Assembly (NCBI GenBank): GCA_003971905.1
Contig: RSEE01000055.1
Location: 186,001-250,000 of the forward strand
Direction: 5' to 3'
Length of the DNA: 64,000 nt
Source of the DNA: Moniliella sp. 'wahieum'
Taxonomy: Eukaryota
Positions 38,667 to 50,970 of the stretch are shown one piece after another. Below the pieces are notes generated by a model. That model was given only the letters and a program-made list of their open reading frames with translations, ran no database searches and had not been told where the DNA came from. Positions within the stretch are counted from its first letter, which is position 1; the number at the start of each line of letters is the position of its first letter. The translations under genes were made by a program, and so were the position numbers.

Positions 38667-39996
38667 GAGTAAGTACATAATATTGATAGGGCGACAATTG
38701 ATATTGGCATGCTGCACATCTCTGCAAAACCTGAATGGAAGGGGGCGTGATGGTGGAGCAGATGAGGGAGCCAGTCCATTCGCTCGGTTCACCTTCCACT
38801 GGGTTCTTGGTCTATAGGGAAAGGAGAAAGGGGGATGTGGCGCACACGATTGTGAACTGCGGCGGGGGTGAAATGTTCAAGACGGCATCCGAAGCAAAGA
38901 TATGGGAATGGTTATAATGAGGTCAGTGATGGGGAGTCTCGAGTTAGTCTCCACACTCAACACGGACTCAGCACAAAGGCATCAACTGCCCCACCACTGA
39001 AGTAGAGTGCTTGTGAATGAGTTGAGGCACAAATACCCCCTCAAAACCTTCTCTCCCCAAACAGATCCCGCCTCGCTCATCGAGCGAATCTATTACTTCT
39101 TCGTCTCTCTTACGCTATGGACAGAAAGCGCGTGCCCGGGGTCAAACCTTGGCCACATGACATGGTCACCTGTTCTTCGTAGTACCTCCCCGAACACTAC
39201 TTGTCGTTGCTGTGTACTCAGCCTCTGCCTTCCAGGGCGGGTCAGTCCACGATCTCAATGTTTTTGAGGTGGCATTGGCACAACATCCCCTAAGCTTCTG
39301 AGCTAATAGAGTATGGAGAGCCCATTTCGGCTGGGAGGCCTGAAACTGATTTGCTCGGGACTATGACACATCGTAACACCATGGTGCCACCTCTAGTATC
39401 ATCGTGTTGCGCATGCCCACCTTCCCTTCTACTGGTAGGTGACATGTGACAGCGTATTCACAAAAAGAGGAAGTCATCTCACAAAGAAATATGCGCCTTC
39501 GCCGTCGACGGCGAGTTTCGTCCCACACTGCGTGTTGCCTCCCCCTTTTCTCAGATCTACAATGCTGGGCCGAGGGGGGCTTAGTCTTAAGGTCTTCGTA
39601 CATTAGTAGGTGGTAACAGTAGCGCAGCATCTTAACGCTTGAGCCCACAATCGCGGGTTGCAGCCAGATGGTGGGTGGTGTTGACGTGGTGTGCTTCTGC
39701 TAATATAGATTGACACGCGGCGCGCTGGTCCGTGCACGTATTGTCCAGGATGCACGTCATGCGGGCACTGTGCTTCCCGGGCAGGCTTCAAAGGGGCCCC
39801 AGCGCGCAGGGGGGCAGTGCGGCCGAGCGTCCCAACGGTGAGAGGCACAGGGGCAGTGTCTAACCGGTTTTCGAGCCGCTCCCACCCCCTCAGCGCTCAG
39901 CGGCCTCAGCGCAGGCTTCATCGATCACAGGGAGGACCTTAGCGATCATTGATATTGCTCGCACCCGCACTCCTGTCCCCCACCACCACCTTGATC

Positions 39997-41028
39997 ATGT
40001 CCTCGTCGTCGTCCGAAAAGCTGTCGCACTCGTGTGCGCCCGGCACCCAGCTCGGCTTTATTGGCCTTGGAAACATGGGCTCCGCCATGGCTCTGAACCT
40101 GGCGTTGGGTGTGCTGCAAGCCGAGCCGCCTTTGCCGCCACTCAAGGTGTTCAACCGCACCACGCCAAGGCGGAGAAGCTGGCCGCTGCGGTGGCAGCCC
40201 AAGGTGGTAAGGTGGTAATTGCCTCGTCGATTGCCGAGGTGGTACAGACGTGCCAGGTTGTCTTTACTTCGCTTACTGGCGACGAGGCTGCGATGAATGT
40301 ATGAGGCCATGTGCGACGCCGACGCCAAGCACCGCCACGCTTCGGACAGCCATGCCACCACCCACACCGTCTGGGCTGACACGTCGACGATCTACCTGAC
40401 ACGACGGGTGCGATTGAGCGCAAAGTCTCCTCCTTGCCCCAGCGCAGCTTTGTCGCCACCGGCCTTTGGTCCGCCCCCCGTGGCGCGCGCCAAGCAGCTG
40501 ATCTTTGCCATGGGGGGAAACTGGCGGGCGAAGCAGCTCCTCTCGCCTTTCCTTGTGCCTTTCATGGGCCGGAAGATTATGGACTTGGGGGGCAACCACG
40601 AGGTGGCGGCCCGGTTCAAGCTTCTGGGCAACTCGTTTATCCTGGGCCTGATTGAACTCCTGGGCGAGTCAATGACGTTGGCAGACAAGACGGACGTGGG
40701 CGCGAGCCGGTTTTACGACTTTATTCAGAAATGTTCCCTGCCTATCCGGCCGTCTCGTACGGCAAAAAATCCTCGACTCGAACTTTCGCGGGGAAGACGG
40801 GTTTAGTTTGTCGGGCGGCATCAAGGATGCGAATTTGATCCGACGTTTGGCCAACTCGGTCGACTGCCCCGTCAATGTGATTGACTCGGCCAACTCGCAT
40901 ATGATTGCGGCACGGGCCAATGCTCCGCCCGACGCGGAACTGGACTGGTCCGCGCTCGTCGCGGACAGAGGCTAACTGCAGGCTTGGACCCTTGGAAGGG
41001 CAAGCGCCCTGGTTTGCTGCGCGATTAG
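39997..41028 (+). CDS. NAD(P)-dependent beta-hydroxyacid dehydrogenase (3-hydroxyisobutyrate/6-PGD NAD-binding family)
   Basis: LGFIGLGNMGSAMALNL, VFNRT, DTSTIY, FGPPPVA, KLLGNSFILGLIELLGE, LDWSALV; frameshifted. Confidence 0.85.
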
Positions 41029-41554
41029 CCCCCCCCCCCCCCCCCCTTCTCCCTTTCTTGACTTGCACCCACCGCTAAGTTCTGCCCGCTAGATTCCTGC
41101 TTGTTGCATGAGAGGGATTCGATTGTGCGATGGGACTGAAACGTCTGTTGGGGGAAGGCTTCTGGATGTGGGCATGTTGAGCGTAATTTCCATTTCTGCT
41201 TTTCCGGCATATACTGGCAGCTCTTGGCTCGCTGCTGGGCTAGGCACAACCCAAGTTGGTGCGTTGGGGGCGACCAGTGCTTTCTCACAGGGATTGGACT
41301 AAGAGAGAAAAAAGAAGAGAAGCGGGCACAGAGCAAAATAATCAAGTTGTAGTGCAGGCCGGTCTAGCCGGGAGAAGACAAGAGGAGGAATCAATTAGGC
41401 AGACGAGGAGGGCCCTGGATACATAGATAGACAGGGCGTGATGCGGCACAAGAAGAGGGGTAGCCAAGCAGCAACGAAACCAAGGCGGGGGCCCACGAAC
41501 GCCGGGGGCCCTACCCCCGCGTTTCAGGTAAATAGGAAATGCGATGAATCTGAC

Positions 41555-44292
41555 TCACTCGGCAGGTTGGGAGAGAGAGTGCGGTAGCCGGGGGAAGGGG
41601 GGGTTCAATAGAGGATGGATGTGGCTGGCAGCTTGGGGGAAGGCCGGGCCGTACACGCTACTCGGTGGCAAGATCCCCAGAGGCAGAGTGGTTACGAGCC
41701 CGGCGCACTCGTGGACTGCGCTGGCCCGATCTGTTTTGCAACGGGGAAGCGTGGGGGGCGTGAGATTCGGGCCGGGTAGGCTGGTTGGGCGAAGATGGCT
41801 GAGGCACAGGAGGAGAAGGAGTCGAACCGGTCCTGCCCAAGGCAGAAGCGATAGGCGCACTGACTGAGCCAGGTTGGGCACGGGCACGGGTCAAAGCCTC
41901 GTGCAAGCGCGAAACTGCAACGGTCGCACTGGCTGCCGCCGACGTTCCATTCGATGGCGTCCCCCCGCCCGCACTTGCACCACGTCCACTGGGTTTGCGT
42001 AGATGATGGCCTTGTCGCGTTTTGGTGCTGCTGCCTTGCCGGCCCGACTGGGACTGGGCTTCCCCACGGCCAAGCGGGTCTTGATCCCCACTGGGGTTCG
42101 CAACGAGGGGAGGGTGGAGTTCGAATCCGTTGGGACCGGTGTGGGAACAAGCTCCTGCCTACTTACTTGGCCAGGAGCCGTGTTGACCGACGATGGACCG
42201 CTTGCCTCGGTCGAGGCACTTGTGCCTTGGCGGGTCGCCCGTGTGGGAGAAGGGAACGAGGGATGGCCAGCAACCACGTCCGAGTCGGGGTGAAGGAAAG
42301 TGCACCTCGAACCGTAGGGACAATGCCCGCCCGTGCTGGCGAACGTACGGCAGATTTGCGTTTTGTAGAGGTGGTGCCGTTCGACCGGCCGGAGTTCGCT
42401 CACTCCATGGGCAAACTGACATTTGGAACCGTAGCGACAACTCCCGCGCTCGGCCCATTTACGGCATAGCTCCGTCTTGTACAGCTCCGTTTTTCGCTGA
42501 CTGGCAGAGCTGTTGTGTCCACAGGAGCGTGCGAAGTCGCGCCACTTGTTCCGGGAGGTGGGGCGTCGCGTTCGGCCCGACCTGCGGGCCCATGGGACTG
42601 ATGCGCGAGATAGGGCCGGGAAAGGACTTGCCATGGGGCAAGACAGGAGGGAAGGATGCGTTGGCGGAGACTCCCTGCTGGTCTGGGACGGGATTGGAGA
42701 TTGGATCCGGCCGCCTTGGTATGGTGCCCGCCAAATCTCGCATCGAGACAGCCGAGACCGCGCCCCCCTCGCGTTCGAGCGGTCGGGCGTCCCCCTCAGT
42801 GTCACGAGGGGGATTCAACGCGACCTGTTCGGTCCACAAGGAAGCGGCCGAAGGTGCAGGGGGCGCGACGCGAAGCGAGGGCCAGGTACCACTGCCTGTA
42901 CCCGAAGAGGGGGGCAACGTCAAGCGTGATAGCACACGAGTTGAGGCAGGAGAAGGAGGCATACCGGCCACAAAGCGGGCCTGCTGCGCTTGTGCACGGT
43001 AGTCCCCCTGTGGATCCAGCACTGGTCCTGTCCCCAAATTCGGGCCGACAGCACCCGTTGTTGTCTGACGACGCGGCATGCTCATTCGGCGATCGATGAG
43101 GGTTGAGGCAGAGGGAGACAGATCCATTTGCGCCAGACGCATGAGCGCGTCGTTCGCCGGCCCCGAGGGTGGGCCCAATCCCATGGCAGGCAAGCGGCCA
43201 TAGGAAATGGAAGTGGTTTGTTGAGGAACCAAGGCACTCCGGCTCCGGGTTCGACGCACTTGTCGTTCTGCTGACACGACGGGCGAACTGGGCTGGTTGG
43301 CATGGGAACTTACGGGCCAAGTAGAGCCGACGGATAGGCAGAATGGGGGGGAGGTTCGTATCTCTGCTCATCCTCGTACCGCGCTCCTGAACCAAGGAGG
43401 TGGGGTAAGGCGTACTCCTGGCTCCCTCGAGTAGAGGAAGTGGACCAGTGGGGGTCGTTCGGGGGGAGCGAGGAGGCGGCTTCGAGTTCACGGGCAAGCT
43501 CAACGTCCAAGACGGGGGGGGGGAGGTAGGCGGAATCTAACGTTGAGCCCGGACCGGAGCGGGACGGATGAGAGAGGACGCTGGGGTGAAGGCAGTGCCG
43601 AGGTCGGACCAGATTCTAGGTTGGCCCAGTTATGTTGGGGAGAAGGGCCAGGGACCAGTCGGGAGCGAGAGGCGGAGGAAGGATAAGCTTGCGGTAGGAC
43701 TGACGATTGTGGACTGGTCCCACCTCGTCGGTCTGGAGTGGAAGGCGAGTTCAGGAAAGGATACAGATGTGTGCAGAGTGCAGGGAGTCTTCAGAGTGGG
43801 TGTTGGATGACAAATGTGGCAGAGAGGTCATATGAGCAGGTGCAGAGGGGAAATGCCGGTCAGGAAAAACCGTTCCATATGCGCTTGTTGAACTCGCAGG
43901 AGTAGCGGGTGCGATTGACTGGATGGGGCTGCGGGTGGGAGAACGTGTGTGGGTGGCTAGCAGCGCGGCCAGGTACTCATCCGCCGCTGGGCTTGGCAGC
44001 TGAGCTAGTTGGGGTTCATACCCCAACTCCATGGGGTCGGGATACAAGGCAGAATGGGGATATGCGGGGCCAACGGATGCGCTGACAGGCACATCAATGG
44101 AAGCAGCAGAGGAAGCTGCAATGGAGGACAGGCGGACATCAGGCGGCGGCAGCGATGCTGAAGCAGAGGGGGCTGGAAGCTGGGAGGCCGACGCAAACAC
44201 ACATGAGTCCGTTGAAATAAGGAAACAGTGAGGCAGAGGGCAAACGGAAAGCAAGTGATTTCATCGGAGGTGGTGTACGATGTGTTCGACAT
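41555..44292 (-). CDS. Tandem CCCH zinc-finger mRNA-decay protein (tristetraprolin/Cth/Zfs1 family); ends uncertain
   Basis: [26 protein letters not shown], 18-aa linker containing YKTQI, then [21 protein letters not shown] at about 42290-42485; long low-complexity flanks. Confidence 0.85.
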
Positions 44293-47183
44293 GGGCGCGG
44301 AAGCGGAAGACCCAATGTCAAGGCAGGACACGATGACATGGTGAGGAGGTACAGGCGCAACAACGATCAAAGATCGATCATCGATCATCGGACAACCCCG
44401 TCCCAAGCGAGCGTCGGAGCAGAGCGATTGATAGTGAAGTGATGGTGAGTTGTTCCCAACACCGACATCAAAGAGCAAAAGAGGATATGAAAAAAGGGTT
44501 ACTCGGTCAGTACCAAATGCCGGCACTTTTGCCCATACGCATGTTCTCCCTAACGGTGAGAGGCGCCATGCACAGGCGGGCCCATACGCTCGACACACTC
44601 CACTACTAGCAACCCACTGGGGTACCACCGCAGGAGAGGGCACAGCGGATGGACACCATCATGCGCGCCACCCCCCAACCGCAGCCGTACCCGAAAGCCG
44701 ATGGGGAGTGGCCCTAGTCTCCCAGACCCGCCTGGCAGCGCAGGGCACCCGCATCAAGCTTCAAGCTTCAAGCTTCAAGGGCACCAAGACCTGAAAACGA
44801 AACATACCTGTGATTGTGAATGAGACGCGTCGTAGTCAATTAGCCATATGGGAAGCTCTCCGTATGCGCTAGCGCCACCTTTGAGACCGGCTACCCCATG
44901 CTCACCATCGTTGTCTACAGAGGACGCGGCAGGGAAAGGGGCCGGGGTAGAGAGGGGGGCGGAAGGCGTGGCGGGTAGTGGGAGCGGTGGAGGGCGGGAG
45001 GGGCGGGAGGATCAAAGGCAATGTGGGGAGGTTGGAACGCCGCTGGGGACTGGAGGTGGGAAGGGGCAGGAGAGGAGGGGTGGGGTTGGCTAGGTGACGG
45101 TGCAGAGGTCGGGATCATGGCGGGAGACGGATGAATGCGGAGCTCACGCTGGGATCAGCGCGTGGCTGCGTTGGCTAACAAGCAACGGACAGGCAGCAGC
45201 AGGAGTGGCAGGTGGAGCGAAGGCGGGGAGGAGGCGGGGGTGTGGGGGACACAGCCATGGCCGCGCGCTTCCGGGCGCGCTTGCAAGAGGACGGAGGGCG
45301 AGGGCAAGAAGGAAGCGGGGGAGAGATGTGCGGGATGTGCGGCGAGCGGCGGAAGAAGGCGCGAGCACAGGGACTAGTGGCTCGTGAGACTGGCCCGACG
45401 GGACCGCGTGGTGTGGTGGCAGTGGGGCTGCGTGCGGGTGGTGGGTGCTGGGCGCGTGGAGCAGCGCGAGGGGATGGATGCGGCGCAAGTGGTGGAGGGG
45501 GCGGTGGGGGAGCATCCACGAGCACGGTACAGGTGGGCACGCCAGCGGACGAAGCCGTGGGAGCCAGCGGACGCCAGCAGCGCCCGCAGTCCGCGTCAGC
45601 GTCAGCACTCAGCTGCCCAGACCAGCCACGCAAGCTCTCAGCCTCCCGCCTCAGGCCTTCGGGCGCACGGCGTCTGATCGATCTGAGCGTCTGAACAAAA
45701 CAAAAAAACCAAGCCCTGGGGGGCTGGCTGGCCAGGGTGCAGTTCGGGCGGGCTGCTGGTGACTTTGAAGCGCCGTTGCGAACCCCGTCCTGGACCAGTG
45801 ACAGACCGTGCGTGGCACGTAACACGCACCTGTCATGGACCGCCTACCGGCTACCGGCTACCGCTGGTCAGCTGACCGCGTGGGCGCTCGGGCTGCGCTC
45901 AGCGCGCTGAGCTGAGCTGGGTCTACTAGCTGGTACTAGCTGCTGAGACTCGCCGCGCTGAGGGCGCTAAATAGAAGGCGCTCAAGGGCCTTGCGGAGCT
46001 TGTACGCACATTCCTGAACCTCAGAGGAGGCGTACAGAGGGCCTCTGCCTATCCGCCTTCGTCCTACCGTGTGGCCGGCTGGAGTTGCAGCCACGCGCCA
46101 CGTCCGATTCGGGGCCAGAAGCGCCAAGCGTAAAACATACCCGGCAACCGGTAGCCGGTAGCCGCTTACCTTCTGTCTCTCTCTGGGTGTGCACGAGCCC
46201 ATGTCCGAGTGGAAAAGAGAGCCCCGGAACCGCATGGAGGGACATCGACTTTTGCCGTAGCCACAGCAATCAACTCGCCCCGAGCTACTGCTGTTGGTAC
46301 CATCAAGCAGTACCGGCTGTTCGTCTGTTGAGCGCTGAGCATGGAGCAACACTGCCCACGGCTGACGCCACCGCCCAGGCTGCCCAGAAAAAGCCCTTCA
46401 ACGAGTGATTGAGACCGTTCGAAGGGCCACAGACAATGAGGCCCTTTGGCTTTGTTAGTTGGGATGGAGAAGAGCCCACTCGATCTCTGGCAGGATCTCG
46501 CATCTCGTACTGCACAATGCCTCATGCGTGCAACAACCGAAAGCATTCGATGTTGCGACCGTCTTTTGTGCTGCGAGCAGATCCACAGTCGATTCGATGA
46601 TCGATGAACGTACCGGGGCTTTGCAGCGGGTGGGTGTGATGATGAATTCGACGATGGAATATGGACTGATGGGGACTCGGCGATCAAGCTGGCCATCGAT
46701 CAAGTTTTCCCTTGCCCGCCCCACCACTAAGTACTATCCGTTCATCGGTTCTACGTTATGGATCTGCCGATGGCGTCGGCAGTCGGCGGCTGACTAGCAG
46801 CTAGCTAGCTTGGCTATGCGGGGCGTTCACACTGAGCTCACCGTGCTGACAAACTGGGCGGCTACTGTGGACTAAACTAACTCATTGTCTGAGATCTGAT
46901 CGATCTCTGATCCCTTTTGTCCCATATTCCCCCCATCAGTACTCAGTAGCCCTATCTACACCTTCCGCCACCGACGGCCGTAATTAACGTAATTATATCT
47001 ACTTACAGTATCCTTGCCTCCAATCCTGCCGTCCTCATCATGCCCCCCACGCCGCACCACGCGCATGCTCTTCATGAGTATCATTCTGGAGTCCGGACCT
47101 TGATACAATCCCTAATGGTTATTGGGGGCCTTCATGGCCCTGCGGAAGAAAGCGAAGGGAGACGGGATATGAGCCCGACAACG

Positions 47184-47231
47184 TTACTCGCGTTTGAACG
47201 CAATCTTCTTGGCCTGGGCACGGTCCATGCC
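47184..47231 (-). other. ERG25: Orphaned original 3' end of ERG25 (GMDRAQAKKIAFKRE*)
   Basis: Removing the element and one TSD copy restores a continuous frame ...RRLIAKG-MDRAQAKKIAFKRE-TAA. Confidence 0.88.
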
Positions 47232-47471
47232 TGTTGGCCTAGGGAGCCGGACGGGCAGAAGGATGAGGAGAAGGTGATGGATTGGAGCCAGAGTTGGGTC
47301 TGGGTACAGAGGCATCTATATAGGAGGCTGGACTAGGCACAGGGACAGTGAGTCACACAGGAGAGAGTGCAGGGCACAGGGACAGTGACACGCAGGGACG
47401 TCAGCGTGGAAGCCGATGGAACCGAGGCGAACCTGGTCTACCGACTGGGAGCCAGAGGATCACAGTCAACA
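47232..47471 (-). repeat. 3' LTR (240 bp)
   Basis: TG...CA ends; internal CTATATAG TATA-like box. Confidence 0.93.
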
Positions 47472-48194
47472 CCCCCGCTGGCCAGGGAACCCGGAGACAT
47501 CGGTTGTGGGATGAGCTCCTGCCAGTGGATGTAGAGAGGGGAGGACTTGAGTGGCAACCGGGACGAATGGCCTGGAGTTGTGCATGGCCACACGACTGGC
47601 CTACACCCCCGCTGTCCAGGATGACACCTGAACGAGCCGAGCGCTTGTGGTTGGTGTATTGTGCGACCGCCAGATGCTTGTAGAAGTCTTAGAAGTAAAA
47701 GTAGTAGGGGTTGCGCCCCGAAGCGATTTGGTGGGCAAAAGTAAAAAGCACCAGTTATAGGTGTAGTGAAAGAAAATTGGAAACTTGGAGTAAATGCGGT
47801 CCAAGGTCGTTTGGCATCAAAATTGGATGCGTTTGGTAGTTGTTTGGTTCCGCATGCCTGGTGCCAGTGGGGTCCATTGGGCATGGGAAATGAACGGGCG
47901 CTATGCGTCAACCGTCTTGATCTGTTTGGGTTCTCTTTGTTGTTGAAAAAGAGGAGTGGAAGAAGTTGGGTGACCACCCCCCCCCATCCTTTCCCCAGGT
48001 GCCCCGGATGAATTGGCAATCCGGGGCGTGTAGCCGTGGGTGGGGCACTTGATGAGCAGCCACCCCCGCTTTCTGCGATTCGCCTGCGCCGTTTTGTCGT
48101 TGGAGGAATTTCGTCTCGTTGACGATACCCGACACGTTTTGTTCCGTCGTGTGTTGTCCCTAAAAATCATTGCCCCATCTGTGGGGGACGAGTG

Positions 48195-48270
48195 TGCCGA
48201 TTGTGGCGGTAGTATGCCGATTGTGGCGGTAGTATGCCGATTGTGGCGGTAAGGTGCCGATTGTGGCGGT
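48195..48270. repeat. 20-bp tandem repeat (TGCCGATTGTGGCGGTAGTA), about 4 copies, inside the LTR element
   Basis: Read directly from the sequence. Confidence 0.95.
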
Positions 48271-48392
48271 GGTGTTGTTGGGCGGGAGGACGGGTGTGTC
48301 TTGTGGGCTTGGCGGCTTAGCTTGGGCTTGTAGGCTTGGGGGTGGGCTTGCTTGAAGAGCGCTCCCCTTCCGGGGGGATCAGATTGTAGCTC

Positions 48393-48631
48393 TGTTGGCC
48401 TAGGGAGCCGGACGGGCAGAAGGATGAGGAGAAGGTGATGGATTGGAGCCAGAGTTGGGTCTGGGTACAGAGGCATCTATATAGGAGGCTGGACTAGGCA
48501 CAGGGACAGTGAGTCACACAGAGAGAGTGCAGGGCACAGGGACAGTGACACGCAGGGACGTCAGCGTGGAAGCCGATGGAACCGAGGCGAACCTGGTCTA
48601 CCGACTGGGAGCCAGAGGATCACAGTCAACA
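48393..48631 (-). repeat. 5' LTR (239 bp)
   Basis: Near-identical to 47232-47471. Confidence 0.93.
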
Positions 48632-49614
48632 ATGCCCTTGGCAATCAGCCTGCGCATCTCCTTCTGGTTGGCCCTTGCTTGGTGGTAGGTGCCCTCGGTG
48701 CCCATCATGTAGTCCCACCACCGGAACGAGGAGGCGTAGCAGCCAATAAACGCTTGGTGGTGGTGGTCGTGGTGGTCCGCGCCGGCCCAGAAGGAAGAAT
48801 GTGGCGGAGGCTAAAGGGGAAGTCGTACCCACTGTGCGAGTCAACCGCTTGGAACAGACGGAAAGAATCCAGATGTACACGGTGACCAGATGCACATTGC
48901 CCGTCATGTACGCCAGCGCGAGCGGCCCACCAATGGTGCCCATTCCCAACGAGAGCGTTTCGAGTGGGTGTGCGTACTCGGCGGCCAGACCAAAGGGAGC
49001 TGCACGAACACGGGTTAGTAGCGAGGCCTACCGGACATCCATGACCACAGCAGGGAGGGAGCGGACGTACCAGCATATTCATGGTGCTTCTTGTGAATGT
49101 AGCGGTAAAAGGGACCCCAGTGGAACAAGCGGTGAGCCCAGTAGTGCCACGTGTCCTCAATGACGAAGAAGATAGCGATTTGCCAGGCCATGGTGGTGAG
49201 CGCAGGGAACGGGACCTCATACGTTGCCAAACCGAGGTATTGGCACATGGGGTGGAACCCCCAAATTTGGGGCAGCTCCACCGTAAAGTGGCTAAGGAGC
49301 ACGTACTTGGTGCACTCCCATTGGTCCCGCCAAGTAGGCACCTTGTCGTCTTGGATCTTGTATTTGCGCAGGGCCGGGATGGCGTCAATGATGATCCAAG
49401 GCACAGAACGACCAAAGTACAAGAGCTCATGGAGGACAAAGCTCATCACTCCGGTCGCAATGATGGGGTTGTCCCACCAGAGGTACCATTGCACCCACCC
49501 CTTCTCAAACATGTTGAGGCTGGCATAGTCCACGCCTTGGTACATGGCGGCGCCATGGACGTCAACATGCGGGTTGACGAGTCCCTCAAATAAGGTTGTC
49601 GCATTGAACGACAT
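48598..49614 (-). CDS. ERG25: C-4 methylsterol oxidase; C-terminus now supplied by the LTR
   Basis: [15 protein letters not shown]; His boxes [44 protein letters not shown]; intron 49000-49070; stop TAG at 48598-48600 inside the LTR. Confidence 0.93.
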
Positions 49615-50491
49615 GTTGATGACCGATGAAAAAGAAGGTGGTGGAGAAGACTGGGTGGGATGACAAGGTGGGAGACGAGAGGCAAAGTGGGGCTGTGGAC
49701 TCTTATACGTCTCTCGCGTTTCTTGCTTGCTTACCGGATGGATCCAGCCGATGGGCAAACAAGGGCAATGCGCGCGTCGGATCTTCGCCCTGCCAGACCA
49801 GCTGAGAGTGGCCGCTTGGGCACTGACGCACTGTGCCGTGATGATCTCATTCGCCCCTCTCCGGCTGGGTAAACTACATGGCAAGATGGCCTGCTCATAT
49901 AACCTGAGCCGCTCGCGCCTATAGGCCAGAGACACGCTTGGAAGCACCAATGGCGCTGCCATTCTGGGACGACAAAACACACTGGTCCCAAGCGGTAGGT
50001 TGTGCGCCAAACCCTAGCAGTCCTCTCCCGAGCTGTCAATGCATATTGGTTTCAATATTGAAGCTTTGAAAATTTTAAATTTTAGAGGCGTTCACGAGGT
50101 GGCGAACGTGGCCACGACAAACTCGCATCTTGGTCCTACGACCTGAGGGCCTGAGGCCTCGCAGCCAAGGCAAAGAACCGCTGCTTGCTAGTTACGCCCC
50201 CAGGCTCAAACTCTCCGCATCTCCAGGTAGGATTTTTTATTGCAACAGCTGGCCCAACCAATAAGGCAGTATGGCACAGAGCTACATGAAAAGGTGGCAT
50301 GGAGGGGACGGCCAAGGGCCAGAGGCCACGGCCAATTTTGTAGGAGTGGAACATGCGCGAGGGCAACATGAGGGCAGGGCGGACTGGTGGGTGCACACTG
50401 CACCAAACATAGCGGGACAAACAGAGATACAAAGAACCACCCTTGAAAGAAGACCCAACGGCATCATGTTCAAGGCGAACGGGCAAGGCAT

Positions 50492-50970
50492 TTAGACGAC
50501 AGTGCCGGCGTTCGAGGCGATACGGGGCCAGAGGTCAGCGCACTCCTTGGCCACGGGGCCAGTGATGGCCGAGCCCTTCATCTCGCCCTTGGGGTTCACA
50601 ATGACACCGGCGTTGTCCTCAAAGTAGAGGAACACACCGTCCTTCCTCCGCCACGTCTTGCGCTGGCGAATGACAATGGCCGGCATGACTATCGATGCAT
50701 GTCAGTCATCTCAGCAAACAAGGTAACAGGTGCAGAGCAGAGTCACAAAAACATACCCTTCTTGCGGAGCTCCGGCTTGCCCTTCTTGACCGAAGCGACA
50801 AACATGTCACCGGCCGAGGCGGCGGGCAGACGGTTGAGGCGGGCACCCGTACCGTGCACAGCAATGACGAACAGGTTCTTGGCGCCCGTGTTGTCAGCGC
50901 AGTTCATCACGGCGCCGACAGGCAGACCGAGGGTCATGCGGTACTTGGTTCCTTGCGCTCCCTTGGGCAT
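50492..50970 (-). CDS. RPL23: 60S ribosomal protein L23 (uL14)
   Basis: [21 protein letters not shown]...[10 protein letters not shown], intron about 50689-50756, [11 protein letters not shown]...[40 protein letters not shown]; probable 5'UTR intron about 50982-51086. Confidence 0.97.

Larger units (their letters stand above)
47232..48631 (-). mobile_element. Non-autonomous LTR retroelement (TRIM-like), 1400 bp
   Basis: Direct repeats 47232-47471 and 48393-48631 with TGTTG...CAACA termini, differing by one G; TSD ATGCC at 47227-47231 and 48632-48636; PPT-like AGCGGGGG before the 3' LTR on the minus strand; no recognisable gag/pol. Confidence 0.93.

Noticed and set aside
47164..47176. GGATATGAGCCC resembling a fungal copia PBS
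   Set aside because: Lies outside the TSD-bounded element and is not adjacent to an LTR end.
47590..47680. VILDSGG on the minus strand as a retroviral aspartic protease remnant
   Set aside because: Short match in a frame closed by a nearby upstream stop; no other gag/pol motifs recognised.
48195..48270. 20-bp repeats (and the 7-mer arrays) as a CRISPR-like array
   Set aside because: No unique spacers of consistent length, no cas genes, eukaryotic context.
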